64,000 nt of DNA, from contig NW_024704742.1 in NCBI RefSeq assembly GCF_018977255.1, positions 34,846,001-34,910,000 of the forward strand, in the 5' to 3' direction. This document shows, in pieces, positions 1 through 11,234 of the stretch (the stretch's first letter is position 1; every line of letters begins with the position of its first letter). A program made the position numbers and the translations under genes. This DNA is from Callorhinchus milii (Eukaryota). The notes under the pieces are model-generated. The model had not been told where the DNA came from and ran no database searches. It saw only the letters and a list, made by a program, of their open reading frames with translations.

Positions 1-1505
1 CCTCAGTCTTGTTCACATTCAATTGTAAGAAGTTTGCCCTCATCCAGGACTTGATGTCCGACAGACAGTCTGTCAGGACAGCAGTGGTCCTGGAGTTGAA
101 GGTGGAGGCAGAAAGATAGAGTTGGGGTCATCTGTATGGAAGTTGACCCCATGTCTGCGGAAGATGTCACCAAAGGGGAGCATGTGGATATTAAAGAGGA
201 GAGGGCCAAGGACAGAGCCCTGGGGGACGCCAGACATGACAGTGTGGGGACTGGAGGAGAAACCGTTAGAGGCAACGAAGTGGAGACGGTGAGAGAGATA
301 GAAATCGATCCAGTCAAGGGCAGGTCCGTGAAGATTTAGTAAAGCGGAGAGGCTGTGTATGAGGATGGAGTGGTTGACAGTGTCGAAGGCGGCAGAGAGG
401 TCGAGGAGGACAAGGAGGCAGAGGGAGTACTGATCACAGATGTTCAGAATGTCATTAGTGGCTTTGACCAGGGCTGTTTCTGTGCTGTGGGCAGTGCAGA
501 AGCCGGATTGGAGGGGTTCAAAGAGGGAATGGTGAGAGAGAAAGGAGTGGAGCTGGGACGTGATGACTCGTTCCAGGACCTTGGAGAGAATTGGGAGGTT
601 AGAGATTGGGTGGTAGCTGGAGATGAGGGATGGGTCCAGGGAAGGTATTTTCAGGATGGGAGTGATGACAGCTGTTTTTAGGGGAGTGGGAACTGGAACG
701 GTGGACAAGAAGAGGTTGATGACATCGGACAGGAGAGGGGGCCAGAAGGTGGAGCTGGGAGATGAGGAGAGAGGTAGGGAAGGGATTGAAGGAGCAGGTG
801 GTGGGCTTGAGTTTGCGGACAGTCGCGGTGAGGGAGGAGGGAGAGATAGGGTCGAAGGAGTATGGGGTGGATGGGTGGCGGGTGGGTCATGAGGGAAAGA
901 TGATGTGGGGGTGGCTGTGGACGGGGCAGAGGTGGCTGAACGTATCCCCTCAATTTTGGTTTCAAGGAAATCCAGCATCTCCTCACAGTTGAAGTTTGAG
1001 GAGAGGATGGATGAGGTATGGGAAGGTGGACGGAAGAGACGGTTTGTGGTGGAAAAGAGAAGCCTGGGGTTGTCCTTTGCCTCCAAGATAACCTTGGAGT
1101 AGAAGGAGGATTTTGCGGAGGCAAGAGCGCAGTAGTAGATCTTGGTGTGGTGAAGCCAGATCTGCTGATGGACCGTTAGTTTGGAATTGGTCCAGGCACG
1201 TTTGGCATCTTGCATTTGTGTCTTGGGGAATGGAGATGGCTGGTGTACCGGATTTACGGGTGCATGAGGCAGTTCGGGAGGTGAGGGGGGCAAGAGAGTC
1301 CAGAATGGAGGAGAGGGAGTTGGAGAGAAAAGAGAGTGAGGAGGGGAGATTGGTTAGGGAGGGCCAGAGGTGTAGGAGTTCAGATGATTCCAGGGCAGTG
1401 AAGAGGGAGAGGGAGGAAATTTTTTTCCACGGACGATATGTGATGGTGGAGGTTTGAGAAAGCGGAGGGGTACAGAGGTATTGAGGGAGATGATGAGGTG
1501 GCCCT
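1..1505 (-). mobile_element. L2-clade non-LTR retrotransposon, degenerate ORF2 (reverse transcriptase) fragment, cut by the window edge
   Basis: The minus ORF 73..1293 contains L2 RT motifs (YHPISNLPILSKVLERV, QSGF..HSTETAL, LLVLLDLSAAFDTVNH, GVPQGSVLGPLLF). The catalytic YADD reads HTDD, and there are frameshifts and deletions. Confidence 0.92.
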
Positions 1506-2273
1506 AAATAAAAGGCTAGCATTTACCAAGAAAAAAACAGTTCAATATTTGAAATGGTTTCAGAATATTTAATTAAACCTTGCAAAATTGAAAAAATAAT
1601 GAATCCCAGTGAAGCTCAGAAGTAATGTTGCTTTTAAAATTAATTTTTAATTTAAATGGTGTTTTTTTTGTGTCATAAACGTATTTAAATTGAAGACCAA
1701 CTGTACAGACTGATAACCAGGACTGGTATGTTCTGTTCCAGCCACTTTATAGCTGAGTTACTTTTGACATGGAAAGCTTAAGGAAGAAAGTGTTTTGTTA
1801 AACTGTACATCGTTTATAAATATTTCACTTGGTTTGATAATTGTAATTATCCAGCACAGCTTCACGTCAAATTTAAATTTCAAAAAATTAAGTGACACAA
1901 ATTGTCCTAACAGGAAAGCAACACCAGCCATAATTCATAAAATTTTTAATTGTAATCCTTAGTTAAGGATTAATTGTAATCCTTAGTTAAGCCCCCCTTC
2001 CAGCTCCACTAATTACAATCAGGGGTCAACTTTACCCATTCAGCCACTCGCTTGTAGGTCAGAACATTGTGGGTTCAAGACCCAACTGGGGACTATGAGC
2101 TCAAAATCTTGGCTGATGTTCCAGTCATCGGGCCACAAACAGTGAACTAGTTCAAAAATGTGAACTACAGCAATGGTTCATAGATGACTGCAGGGAGGTT
2201 TATACCCGTTAAAAAATACATAAACATGCATGACATAATGGTTGAAAAGTTTTTGAAGGCTTTATGTTGATCC

Positions 2274-2590
2274 AGCCTGGCTCAGTTGGTAACACTCGCA
2301 TCTCTGAGTTACAAGGTTGTGGGTTCAAGCCCCATGTCGAACTCACATAATCCAGGCTGACACTCCAATTCAATACTGGGGATGTTCTGCATTATGGGAA
2401 GTGCTACCTTCAGACAAGACGTGAAACCGAGGTCTCGGCTGACTGATCCGGAGACACTAAGATTCCGTGGGACAATTCAAAAAAAAAAGACAAGGGATTT
2501 TCTCCCAGTGTACCAGTCAACAATTCCCCAAATAAAATTGGTTATTCGCTTCACGGCTGCTTGTGGGATAGTGTTGTGCAAAGATTAGTA
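2274..2590 (+). mobile_element. tRNA-derived SINE with Deu-type central domain (SacSINE1/DeuSINE-like, long type), degenerate
   Basis: Head CCTGGCTCAGTTGGTAACACTC...GGTTGTGGGTTCAAGCCCC with A/B-box-like motifs; body shared with the copies at 13158, 31637 and 63240. Confidence 0.7.
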
Positions 2591-3849
2591 TTATTGTGAG
2601 CTGCTTAAAATAGCATCCTTCCCTCTATACTTTAAAAGAATTTCAAAAATCTTTCTTATATTAAGATGTGTACACAATTCTCATAAGCAGACCATGTCTT
2701 TTATGATCTAAATCTAGAACTTCAGAATAGAGTTCTCACAGTAAAAAGTCCTTGGAAAAATTTGCACTCACACATAGTTCATACAGTATTTCTGACACCC
2801 ATTGCAACAGTGCTTATATATAAAGATGTTCAAGGTCTCACCAGTAACCTTTGTACTTCTGTGAAAACAGTAAACATTCAGTTAAAAAATGAGCTTAGTT
2901 TGGAATTTTCATTTTTATTTTCTGCATTTTGTTGCATTAATTTTTCTAATCCGCTGAATTAACAAGATGGTTTGTCCTTGTATTGATATAAAACAATGCG
3001 ATAGCTCAGAACATTTAACTGTCATATCGCAAAAGTTAAAGAATTATAAGCTTTGTTAAAGTTTCTTACTGATGGAATTCCACACAGACGCAGTTCTGGT
3101 AAGGTTTTGTGCTGTTAGCAGAGGTTTCGTAACAAAAATGTCCTCAATAAACTCTTCACAGTGAAACAGATTGCACGCCCATGGAATGGGTAGAACTACA
3201 GACTGCAAGGCTGGGTCTTTATGTTCAGTAGCAAATCATTGTAGGGCTATGTATTTCTGTGTAATGACACATTGTAGAGCTGTTCAATCTGGGATATTGG
3301 CAACTAGAAGAACGGAGGTGAGAGATTAAAGAATGGTGTATTTCTGTAAAGGCTTAGTGCAACACCAGCCAGAGATACATCAGAGGCACAAGTGGTATTA
3401 GAAGCACTGAATAATGATGACGATAAACAACACAGGGCATAAAAGACATAAAAGACATTAAGCAATAGAAATACTGGACATTAGGATTATGACGGTAATT
3501 ACTGGAGACATTGGCACTCAGAGTGTGAAGGTCATTGTGCATTAGGCAGTTTGTAGTTCTAATTCTGGACCTGATAATATTGTCCAGTTATTGTTTTTTT
3601 CCCTGTTCAATAGTCAGTAAATCAGTTTTCTTGAGGATCCTGCTGGGTCTCTATCTTACATTGTTCTTACTGTACAAATTAATTTTCTAGGCTTCAAGCC
3701 ACACTAGTTAGGGGAACAATTTAATGCTTTGCTTTTTTCTGTGTATCATATATAGAGTATATGACGATCTCCAGGTATGTTCCTAAGGCATTTTAATGTA
3801 GGATCAAGAAACATCCATATCCTCTTCCTCCTCAGAAAACCTAGTTACA

Positions 3850-4220
3850 CAAAATCACAAGATTGCTTTGGATGAAGAAGGTCTGTCAGCTCATCTGATT
3901 TTATCCCTCCCTAAACAGTCACCCTCCCATCCTCCCATCACAGCAAATACTTTTTCAATGGGTCCATAACAATGAGTGTCTGGAAACCTATTCCAGTCAT
4001 TAATTATCTTGTGAGTAAATCATTTTTTTCTAATATCTGTTGTGAAATCTGTCCTTTGCAACTCTAAACTAATGTCCTCTTGTTCTACTATCTAGATGGA
4101 TCCAAAGGATTAATCTGGATTTACTTTTTCAATCCCATTCAAAATGTTACACAACTCTACAAGTTCTCCTCTGAATTCACTTCTCTCAAAACAGAGGAGC
4201 CCTCGCCAAATGACAGGAAA
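3850..4220 (-). mobile_element. CR1-type LINE 3' fragment, highly degenerate
   Basis: The reverse complement resembles the CR1 ORF2 C-terminus/3'UTR seen more intact at 49497-50445. Confidence 0.45.
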
Positions 4221-4259
4221 ACCTGGGCATATTATATTGCAGTATTGTATAATAAATTA

Positions 4260-5900
4260 TAAAGCATTAGATAAAGTATCTGAGATTTTTTTATATTAAA
4301 ACGTAAATGTTTGATATATTGTTCTGATATTCGTATGTAGAATCTTACACTTACAGAATTTAACAGTTATTTGCTCTTTGTAAGAATTTAAAGAAAGTTC
4401 TGATGCATTATTTTCTTTCCCAAAGCACAGATGCTCAGTGGGCAATACATACAGACTCAAATACTTGAGCAGATAAAAGTTAACACGATCTTCAAAGACT
4501 ATGCTGTATAGTACTGATCCTCACTAAAACTATTTGGAGAGGAAAACACCATTATCAGGACCAAACAAAACAGATGGTCTTTTGGAAGCTCACATTTAGC
4601 ACGATCATTCTGCAGACTATGTTCTCACTTATTACTTGGAAATCAACCAAAATGTCCACGTTTCATCCTTGAACTTCAGTCACAGGTAATTAGTGGCTGA
4701 AAACTAATACCTACGGAAAGTACTCTGGAAAACCTGCAAATACCCCTGTGCAGAGGATCAGCCCAGGGGTGATGAAAGATCCTGCTCTTTGAAACACGGA
4801 GTCTTTGAATCATGGAGCCCTTTACCAGCTTTCAGTTATTCAAACGTGGAATCAGTGGAATCTGCTATCAGTTCTCAAGCCTTCAAAAACATTTCAATAG
4901 CGCTTTCAATGATATGACATCCGATTATAAAATTACAACAGTCTGCTCAGACACCGAATAAACATCAGCTGCTGGGGTTTAAATTCTGTATTTAATACTT
5001 ATTCTCCTGTTGATTTAATGTCAAAGCTGTGTGTGATGGCAAAGCCTCGTTATATAATCAGCTCTGCATTGTGTTAGTATTTTAACACAGGTTTGATGTT
5101 TAAAATGAAAAAAACTACATTAATGTCACTTTTAATGGGAATCAAATATGTATTTAGGCTCTTCTGCATTACAACAATTTGCATTTATGTAGCACCCTTC
5201 ACGCCGGATGGCGTCTTGGAGCGCTTAACAACGGTGGCCGGGCTTTCAGCCTCTCTGCCCCCACACTCTAGAACTCCATCCCACTGTCCATTCGCCTCAC
5301 TTCCTCCCTCACATCCTTCAAGGCCGGTCTCAAGACCCTTCTCTTCGACCGTGCCTTAGGTCTCCCTCCCACCTCTCTGCCTTCCATCACCCCTACACCA
5401 CCCCTCCCCCATGTTCGGGCCCCGACATCTGACTGTTCAGCGCTTTGGGACGTCCTCCCGACGTGAAAGACGCTCTATAAATGTAATTTTGTTGTTGTTG
5501 TGGAGCCTGATGCCTAGCCATGAGCCAGGGGAGGCAATTACTGAGGGAATACTGAAGAGAAGTTACACTTGTTAGGTACAGAGCTCTGGTAGCAGAGCTG
5601 GGAGCAGTTCACCTGCCCATCCTCTATTCAATTGTGTTCCGAGGAATCTTAAAGAGGGTGAAAGGAATTTTAAACAAAGAGAAAGTAATGTAAAAGGGGA
5701 GCCATGAATTAATGACAACAAGGTTAATCTCATACAATGGCCTGATGAAATGTTAGTGATATCTACGTCCTCTACATTCTTGAAGAGTTGGGCATCTCGG
5801 TTTATACACTTAAGCCTGGTGATGAGTTTCCACGCATGAGGACGTGCAGGTGGACTTGGTACAATGTACAGAGTTGATTCTGTCTTCTGTGTTATTCAGT
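4260..5900 (+). repeat. Arm A of a long inverted duplication (partner A' at ~26850-28460)
   Basis: 4457-4810 is the reverse complement of ~27921-28282 with 7 substitutions and one 8-nt indel by hand count. Similarity continues at lower identity out to ~4260 and ~5900. Confidence 0.95.
5172..5536. mobile_element. Nested L2 3'-end fragments (a minus-strand tail with a plus-strand 3' fragment inside it), inserted only in arm A
   Basis: L2 tail GGGACGTCCTCCCGACGTGAAAGACGCTCTATAAATG..(GTT)n at ~5447-5500. The insertion is absent from A', where GCATTAC joins directly to TAGGGGAATACTGAAG. Confidence 0.85.
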
Positions 5901-6699
5901 AATCAAGTCACTTTCACAACTTCTGTAACCACAACAAAATTAATTTCCTTTGCCTTAGTCTACCCTATGTTTTTGCGGCTGTCATTAGGTTTGTCAGCTC
6001 CAGCAATATGTTGACAATATACCAATATACTTAATGGTCCAGCTGCTTTATCCAATGAATATCTGAGCCATATAAACTCCCAAATTTTTCCCTGTTCTGT
6101 GCTGGGTTAGCACAATCTGAGCCATAGCAAATTTAAAAGTACTGTGACTGGTCTTAGCGCTCAGGGCTAGAGAGGGAAAAATCAGATTAGGTTTCCAATT
6201 ATGATAACTAGATGGGACATTGAAAGAGAGAGAATATTATTAAAGATTAATAATATAACATTTTACCAATGTCATAAAGATTTCTGTTTAATTATTAGTT
6301 CCCTAATATTTAGAACTCTGTTACTTTTGATGGAAAGAGATCAGAACAACAAAAAAGTAGTTTAACATACAAGGTTGCACAGCACCAATCTGATGACAGA
6401 CCATCAGAACCCATTTAATCCTCTGGAATATGGAAATAAATACAGACCAGCCTTGTGTGTAGCATTTGGAGGAGCAGAACAGTCACAGGGCATTGGGAAT
6501 CTTCCTGCTTGGTTCCTGATAGCTCTGCAAGCCAAAACCTAATGTGTAGGGTGTTCCCATGGCAAAAGAAGTTTGTGACCAGCACTTCGCTTTTCAGACT
6601 TTTGCTCCTAAGGTTTGTCACTATGTTTCAAGTAATAATTCAATTTTGAGGTTCAGTTGATGAAAAACTGCTCTGCTTATGGAACAATATAAATCCCCT

Positions 6700-8270
6700 G
6701 GAAAATGGAAATAAATACTAAATGTTTAGTTATAATTAATAATAATAATAATCCTTGCATTTGATATTGTGTTTTTCACTCTGAGTTAGTGCATTTCAAG
6801 ACTCAAAGTGCTCCAAGGGCTTCATAGCACTGGAGAGTACAATGACTGTGCATTGTGTAGAAGCAGCTGATTTGCATGCAGCAATATCCCACAAACAGTC
6901 TTGAAGGGGATGACCAAATGTATCTGGGAGATTGTTGGTCCAGGACACCAGGGGAAACTTGTTTATTTTTGCACAGTGACTTCCACCTAAACAAGCAGAC
7001 AGGATCTCAGTTTACCATCTCATCCAAAATAAGCACCTCCAGCAATGCAGCACTTTCTCAGTACTGCATATTGAGTTCAAAGACCCAACATGGGACTCGA
7101 GCCCACAACCTTTTGACTCATAGGCAAGAGCACTACCAACTGAGCCAGGCTTTCATGTGACTATTATTTTAGTATTTATGTCACAAACAGTTGACCTGCA
7201 TCTCAGGATCACTGCAGGAGTACATTCCGTTCAATGCTCATACTTAGAGTTTTACCACAAACAAATCTGGCACAATGGTAGGAGATTGCTTCATACTGAG
7301 TCCACACTTCCCCAAATTCAGCATGTTGAGTTATTGAACAAAAACACACTTTATTTCAGAAAAAAAATGCTCTCCCAACAAACAGTCTTCTCCACTTTTC
7401 ATGAGATGAAATGACCTGATTGTTACTGGAGTAAGAGTCGTAAAAAAGAGTTTTGTGTGGCTTTCCTGGAGAATGGTTTTGACCAGTTATGTTAATTCTA
7501 AAATAAGTCATCAGTGTATTTTTTTTAGGATTGCCAGTCTGAACTACAGGAATTCCTGCAAATAAATACGTAAAGCAATAGCTCAACCACAAGAAACAAA
7601 GAATGAAGATGAAAATCTGTGGTTAACAAGTAAACTGGGCAGGTGAGGTGACTGTGACAAGCACATTCCTGTGCCGCTGTTGAGGTTTTTTCTAATATCC
7701 CAAGAGCAGCACTTGTGAAGCAGTTCACATCACATCTGCATTATTTTTCCAAAAAAACAGCTGGCTGAGGGGGAATCACCACCAAGCCATTGTCTAGTCT
7801 TTGAAATTAATCCCAACTAAAGAGGCATCTTTTGTTGGAATCCCTTCCTCTGTTGCATTAGCAAATGATTTATCAACACAGACATCAGTCAACTCATGAG
7901 TTCTACAGTCTAATAGCTTATATGCTTTGAAAACTTCTACTTTGAGCAGTCCAATTGAAACATCTGCTGGTAAAACCATGTGAAAGATTTAATAGTAGGA
8001 ATGCCATGAAAAACATGTGTCTATCTTGTAGGCTTTGATGTTCTGTATATTAAAGAGCAACTCAGCCTTCTATATTTTACAGAATGATAGAGAAACTGAG
8101 TCTGTTTCTTGGAAATCCTTTAAATAAGTCTTCTCCCCCTACACAGGACATCAAAATTCGAACATCTTAGCATTAAATGAAATTCTAAAGAAAAGATTGT
8201 TGTTCAGTTTCTCTCATTGCCTATAGGCAAAAGGGACTATAAATAAATGAATGAATAAATTGATCCAATT
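6700..8270 (+). repeat. Arm B of a long inverted duplication (partner B' at ~19700-21160)
   Basis: 7611-7880 is the reverse complement of ~20365-20634 at roughly 95%, including a 57-nt perfect run at 7754-7810. Weaker matches include 8081-8130 vs 19866-19916 and 7161-7560 vs 20690-21140. Confidence 0.95.
6738..7150 (-). mobile_element. Deu-type tRNA SINE (long type), inserted in arm B only
   Basis: (AAT)n-CCTTGCATTTGATAT tail at the left end and the tRNA head reverse complement (GAGCACTACCAACTGAGCCAGG) at the right end. Confidence 0.8.
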
Positions 8271-8559
8271 GCAGTATGGAAGGAACCTCATCAGATCGAC
8301 AACGCTGTATAAGAGGCTATAATTAATAACCTCACTGTCACCAGGTTACAATAGTGTGTAAGTACGTGCAACAATTATTAGCTCGTGTTACACATCATCT
8401 CGGAATCACAAAAATAATCTTTCAATATTATAATAAGACTGGCATCAGGAGCAAGATAAAACTCAAAGAATGTTAGAAAAGGAGACAAACAAGAACTAAA
8501 CTGAGAAAAACAATCTTTGCATTTTATATCGCACCGCAGGCCGTCGAAACCCTCATACA

Positions 8560-9155
8560 TGCTTTCATTATCTCGATTTGACTATGCAAATTCATTGCTT
8601 GTCGGCCTCCCCAATTCCTCCCTCAACAGGCTGCAGATCATCCAGAACTCTGCAGCCTGTGTCCTCTCCCACACTAGGCTCCGCGACCCTATCACCCCCA
8701 TCCTCACCCGACTCCACTGGCTTCCCGTCACACAGAGGATACAGTTCAAGATCCTAGTCCTCACCTTCAAAGCCCTCCATGGTCTTTCTCCCTCCCTCCC
8801 TCTCCGATCTCCTAAGCCCCTACCATCCTGCTCACCCCTTCTGCTCAGCGGGCTCCGGCCTGATTCACATCTCCTGCCTTGCTCGCCCGAGCCTTGGCAG
8901 ACGGGACTTCCGCCACTCTGCACCCACCCTCTGGAAATCCACCCCGCAGTCCCTCCTCGCCCCTTTCCTTACCAACTTCAAGACCCATCCCAAGACCCTC
9001 CTCTTCGACCGTGCTTTCAATCTCCCTGCTTCCCCCACTGCCCTCCACCCTCCCCGACCCCAACCCCCAGCTCAGGTGCGTAACTGTCTGTCCAGCACCT
9101 TGGGACGTCCTCCCGACGTGAAAGAGGTTATACAAGTTTAATTTTGTTGTTGTTA
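8560..9155 (+). mobile_element. L2 LINE 3' fragment
   Basis: Encodes SRFDYANSLLVGLP..LQIIQNSAA..ITPILTRLHWLPV..RIQFKIL (L2 ORF2 C-terminus); ends GGGACGTCCTCCCGACGTGAAA..(GTT)n. Confidence 0.9.
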
Positions 9156-9619
9156 ACAAATTACAATGTCTCAAAGCAAATCAAGTTTCTTTTGTAGGCG
9201 ATTTAGGAAACATATTAACTGACTACTTTATGTAGGGTTTTTCTTTATGAAGGAAGACTCAAACAATACTCTGTTTAACATCCAATTACATTGTTGAGGG
9301 GAGTGGGATGTGGAAGTGGAATCAGGAAAATGCTCAAATCTTAAAAAAGAGTTGGTCAAGGGAGTGTGTCTGGGCTGTTTACTGGATAATTAAGTTCCAT
9401 ACGGATAAAGAAAAGAGGAAAAAGCAATTAAAAAAAGGATGTACCGTAATAATATGCAATACATGGATGGGAATGTTAGTCAATAAACAAAGCAATTATG
9501 ATGTTGGTCCATGTTGAAAAATCAATTGAGTTAATTATCCCTAGAAATCATACTCAAGCTTTGGAGCACTGCCATTCAAGCACTTTGTATTATCTGGGCA
9601 TTGTGACGTAAAGGATCCA

Positions 9620-10015
9620 TCAGCCTTCAGAGGGAGCATAGAGTAGATCAGAGGTTCATCTTTAATGTTAGAGGGATGATGTATAAGAAACAATTAGATA
9701 AATAAGGCTCTTCAGTACTGAAAAGAGATGTTGCAAATAGGATTTTATAGAAGTATATAAACATAGATACCAAAAGGGATTGAAAAAGTAAATTTCACAT
9801 GCATCAAGGCAGCAGAACATAAGGGCAGATGTTTACGATTATCCAACTACAGGGCAAACACAAGGCTGTTTTTCTTTACACCGAGAATTAACAGCTGGAA
9901 CAGATTATCAGGTGGGTGGTTGAAGCCAGGACGCTGGACCAGTTTAAGAAACACCTGGAGGATGTAATGGGAAAATGGTAGGCTTGCTATTCTGGAATGC
10001 TGAGACCAAATTGGC
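9620..10015 (+). mobile_element. CR1-type LINE 3' fragment, degenerate
   Basis: Degenerate match to the CR1 ORF2 end (QRRF...LGLFSLEKR...DLIEVYK-like) seen at 49950-50400. Confidence 0.55.
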
Positions 10016-10599
10016 CAAAGGATCTAATTTAGCTGTACATCTCCTGTTTTCTTGTTTAACTGAGGCTAAGTGTAGGGAAAGGAGTATTAGCTTACCTTAG
10101 CTCTTTCCTTGCAGCTGTTAAAATGTTCACTGCCACAACAGGCTTCAGTCTTTGTTTCAAGGTAATAGTTACTGCATTAACAATTGTACAACGTAAAACC
10201 TACAGGTTATAATTTTCTGCAGATGTACACTGGCTGTAAGTGAGTCTGCAGCAGTCTTTCCAACATTTGTTACAGGCTTTTATAACCACACAGGTACATT
10301 CTCTCGGCATCATCAAAGCTTTCTGCAATATTCAAAGATCCCTATTACTTTCTGGTAGCCTTTGGGATTATAACTATTTAATTTAGCCATTTTGGCATTA
10401 TACTTTGCTCTGGTTGAAAAAATATGAAATAATTTGCAAGTTATTCAACCATTAAGATTCTATATAGAAATACAGAGACAGAAGTAAGCACAAGGAGCCC
10501 GCTGAGCCATTTTATTAATTCACGGCACCTATCAATCTTTTACAGGTCTGTGGGCCCTGTAGCTTGTGATCAAACATGTGATATATATCTCCTTTTTTA

Positions 10600-11000
10600 G
10601 CAACAACAACAAATTTACAAGAAAATAGGGCCTTTCATGTCAGGAGGAAATCTCAAGGTGCTGGACAGTGCAGGAATTCCACCCTATCTGAGGTTGGAAG
10701 CCAAGGGTGGGTGGAACTTGAGGGGGGTCGGGAAGAAAGTTGACCGAAGGCGCAGTCTTGAGTCAGACCTTGAAGGAGGCGAGAGAAGGGACAAGGTGGA
10801 GGGATTCTGAGATGGAATTCCAGAGAGTGGGGGCAGATAGGCTGAAGGCCTGACCACTGATGTTGGGGCAGCCAGGGTGGGGAAAGGAAGGACGGGGTAG
10901 GTTTGAGTAGACAAACTGGTGGATTTGAGATGAGGGAGTGAGCGGGGGTGAGCAGAGAGAGTAGACAGTTTGAGTGGAGGGAGGGGTTGGTTTTGAGTGG
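10600..11000 (-). mobile_element. L2 LINE 3' fragment
   Basis: (CAA)n tail plus CTTTCATGTCAGGAGG and a G-rich L2 3' region like that at 32227. Confidence 0.75.
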
Positions 11001-11234
11001 AAGGAAGGGGCGGACCCTGTTTGTTGGATTGAGTTTTGGTTGAAAAGATACCATTTGTTCTAGAATTCAAACTGGAAATAATGTGAGCAACAGTAACAGA
11101 ATAAACACAAGTATGAGAGATATTGTGTTGTTACTTTCCTCACTCGACCACGGTGAGCAGTAAAACATTTAAACTTTTCTTCTTTTCTTGAAGATCTCAG
11201 GTGGGATTTCCGGTCTGAGCTGAGTTATAATAAA

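Noticed and set aside
73..1293. 406-aa ORF as a host gene
   Set aside because: It is a degenerate L2 reverse transcriptase. The overlapping plus-strand ORFs are antisense shadows of G-rich L2 sequence.
7525..7728. Paralogous small ORFs at 7525..7728(-)/20517..20717(+), 7157..7414(+)/20893..21126(-) and 5093(+)/27126..27332(-) as a duplicated gene family
   Set aside because: They are by-products of the non-coding inverted duplication. Indels between the arms do not preserve frame, and several starts are non-ATG.
10096..10409. Possible minus-strand exon of a divergent lncRNA (acceptor at 10410, donor AAG|GTAAGC at 10095)
   Set aside because: Competing splice-like motifs occur on both strands here, and nothing else supports it without RNA data.
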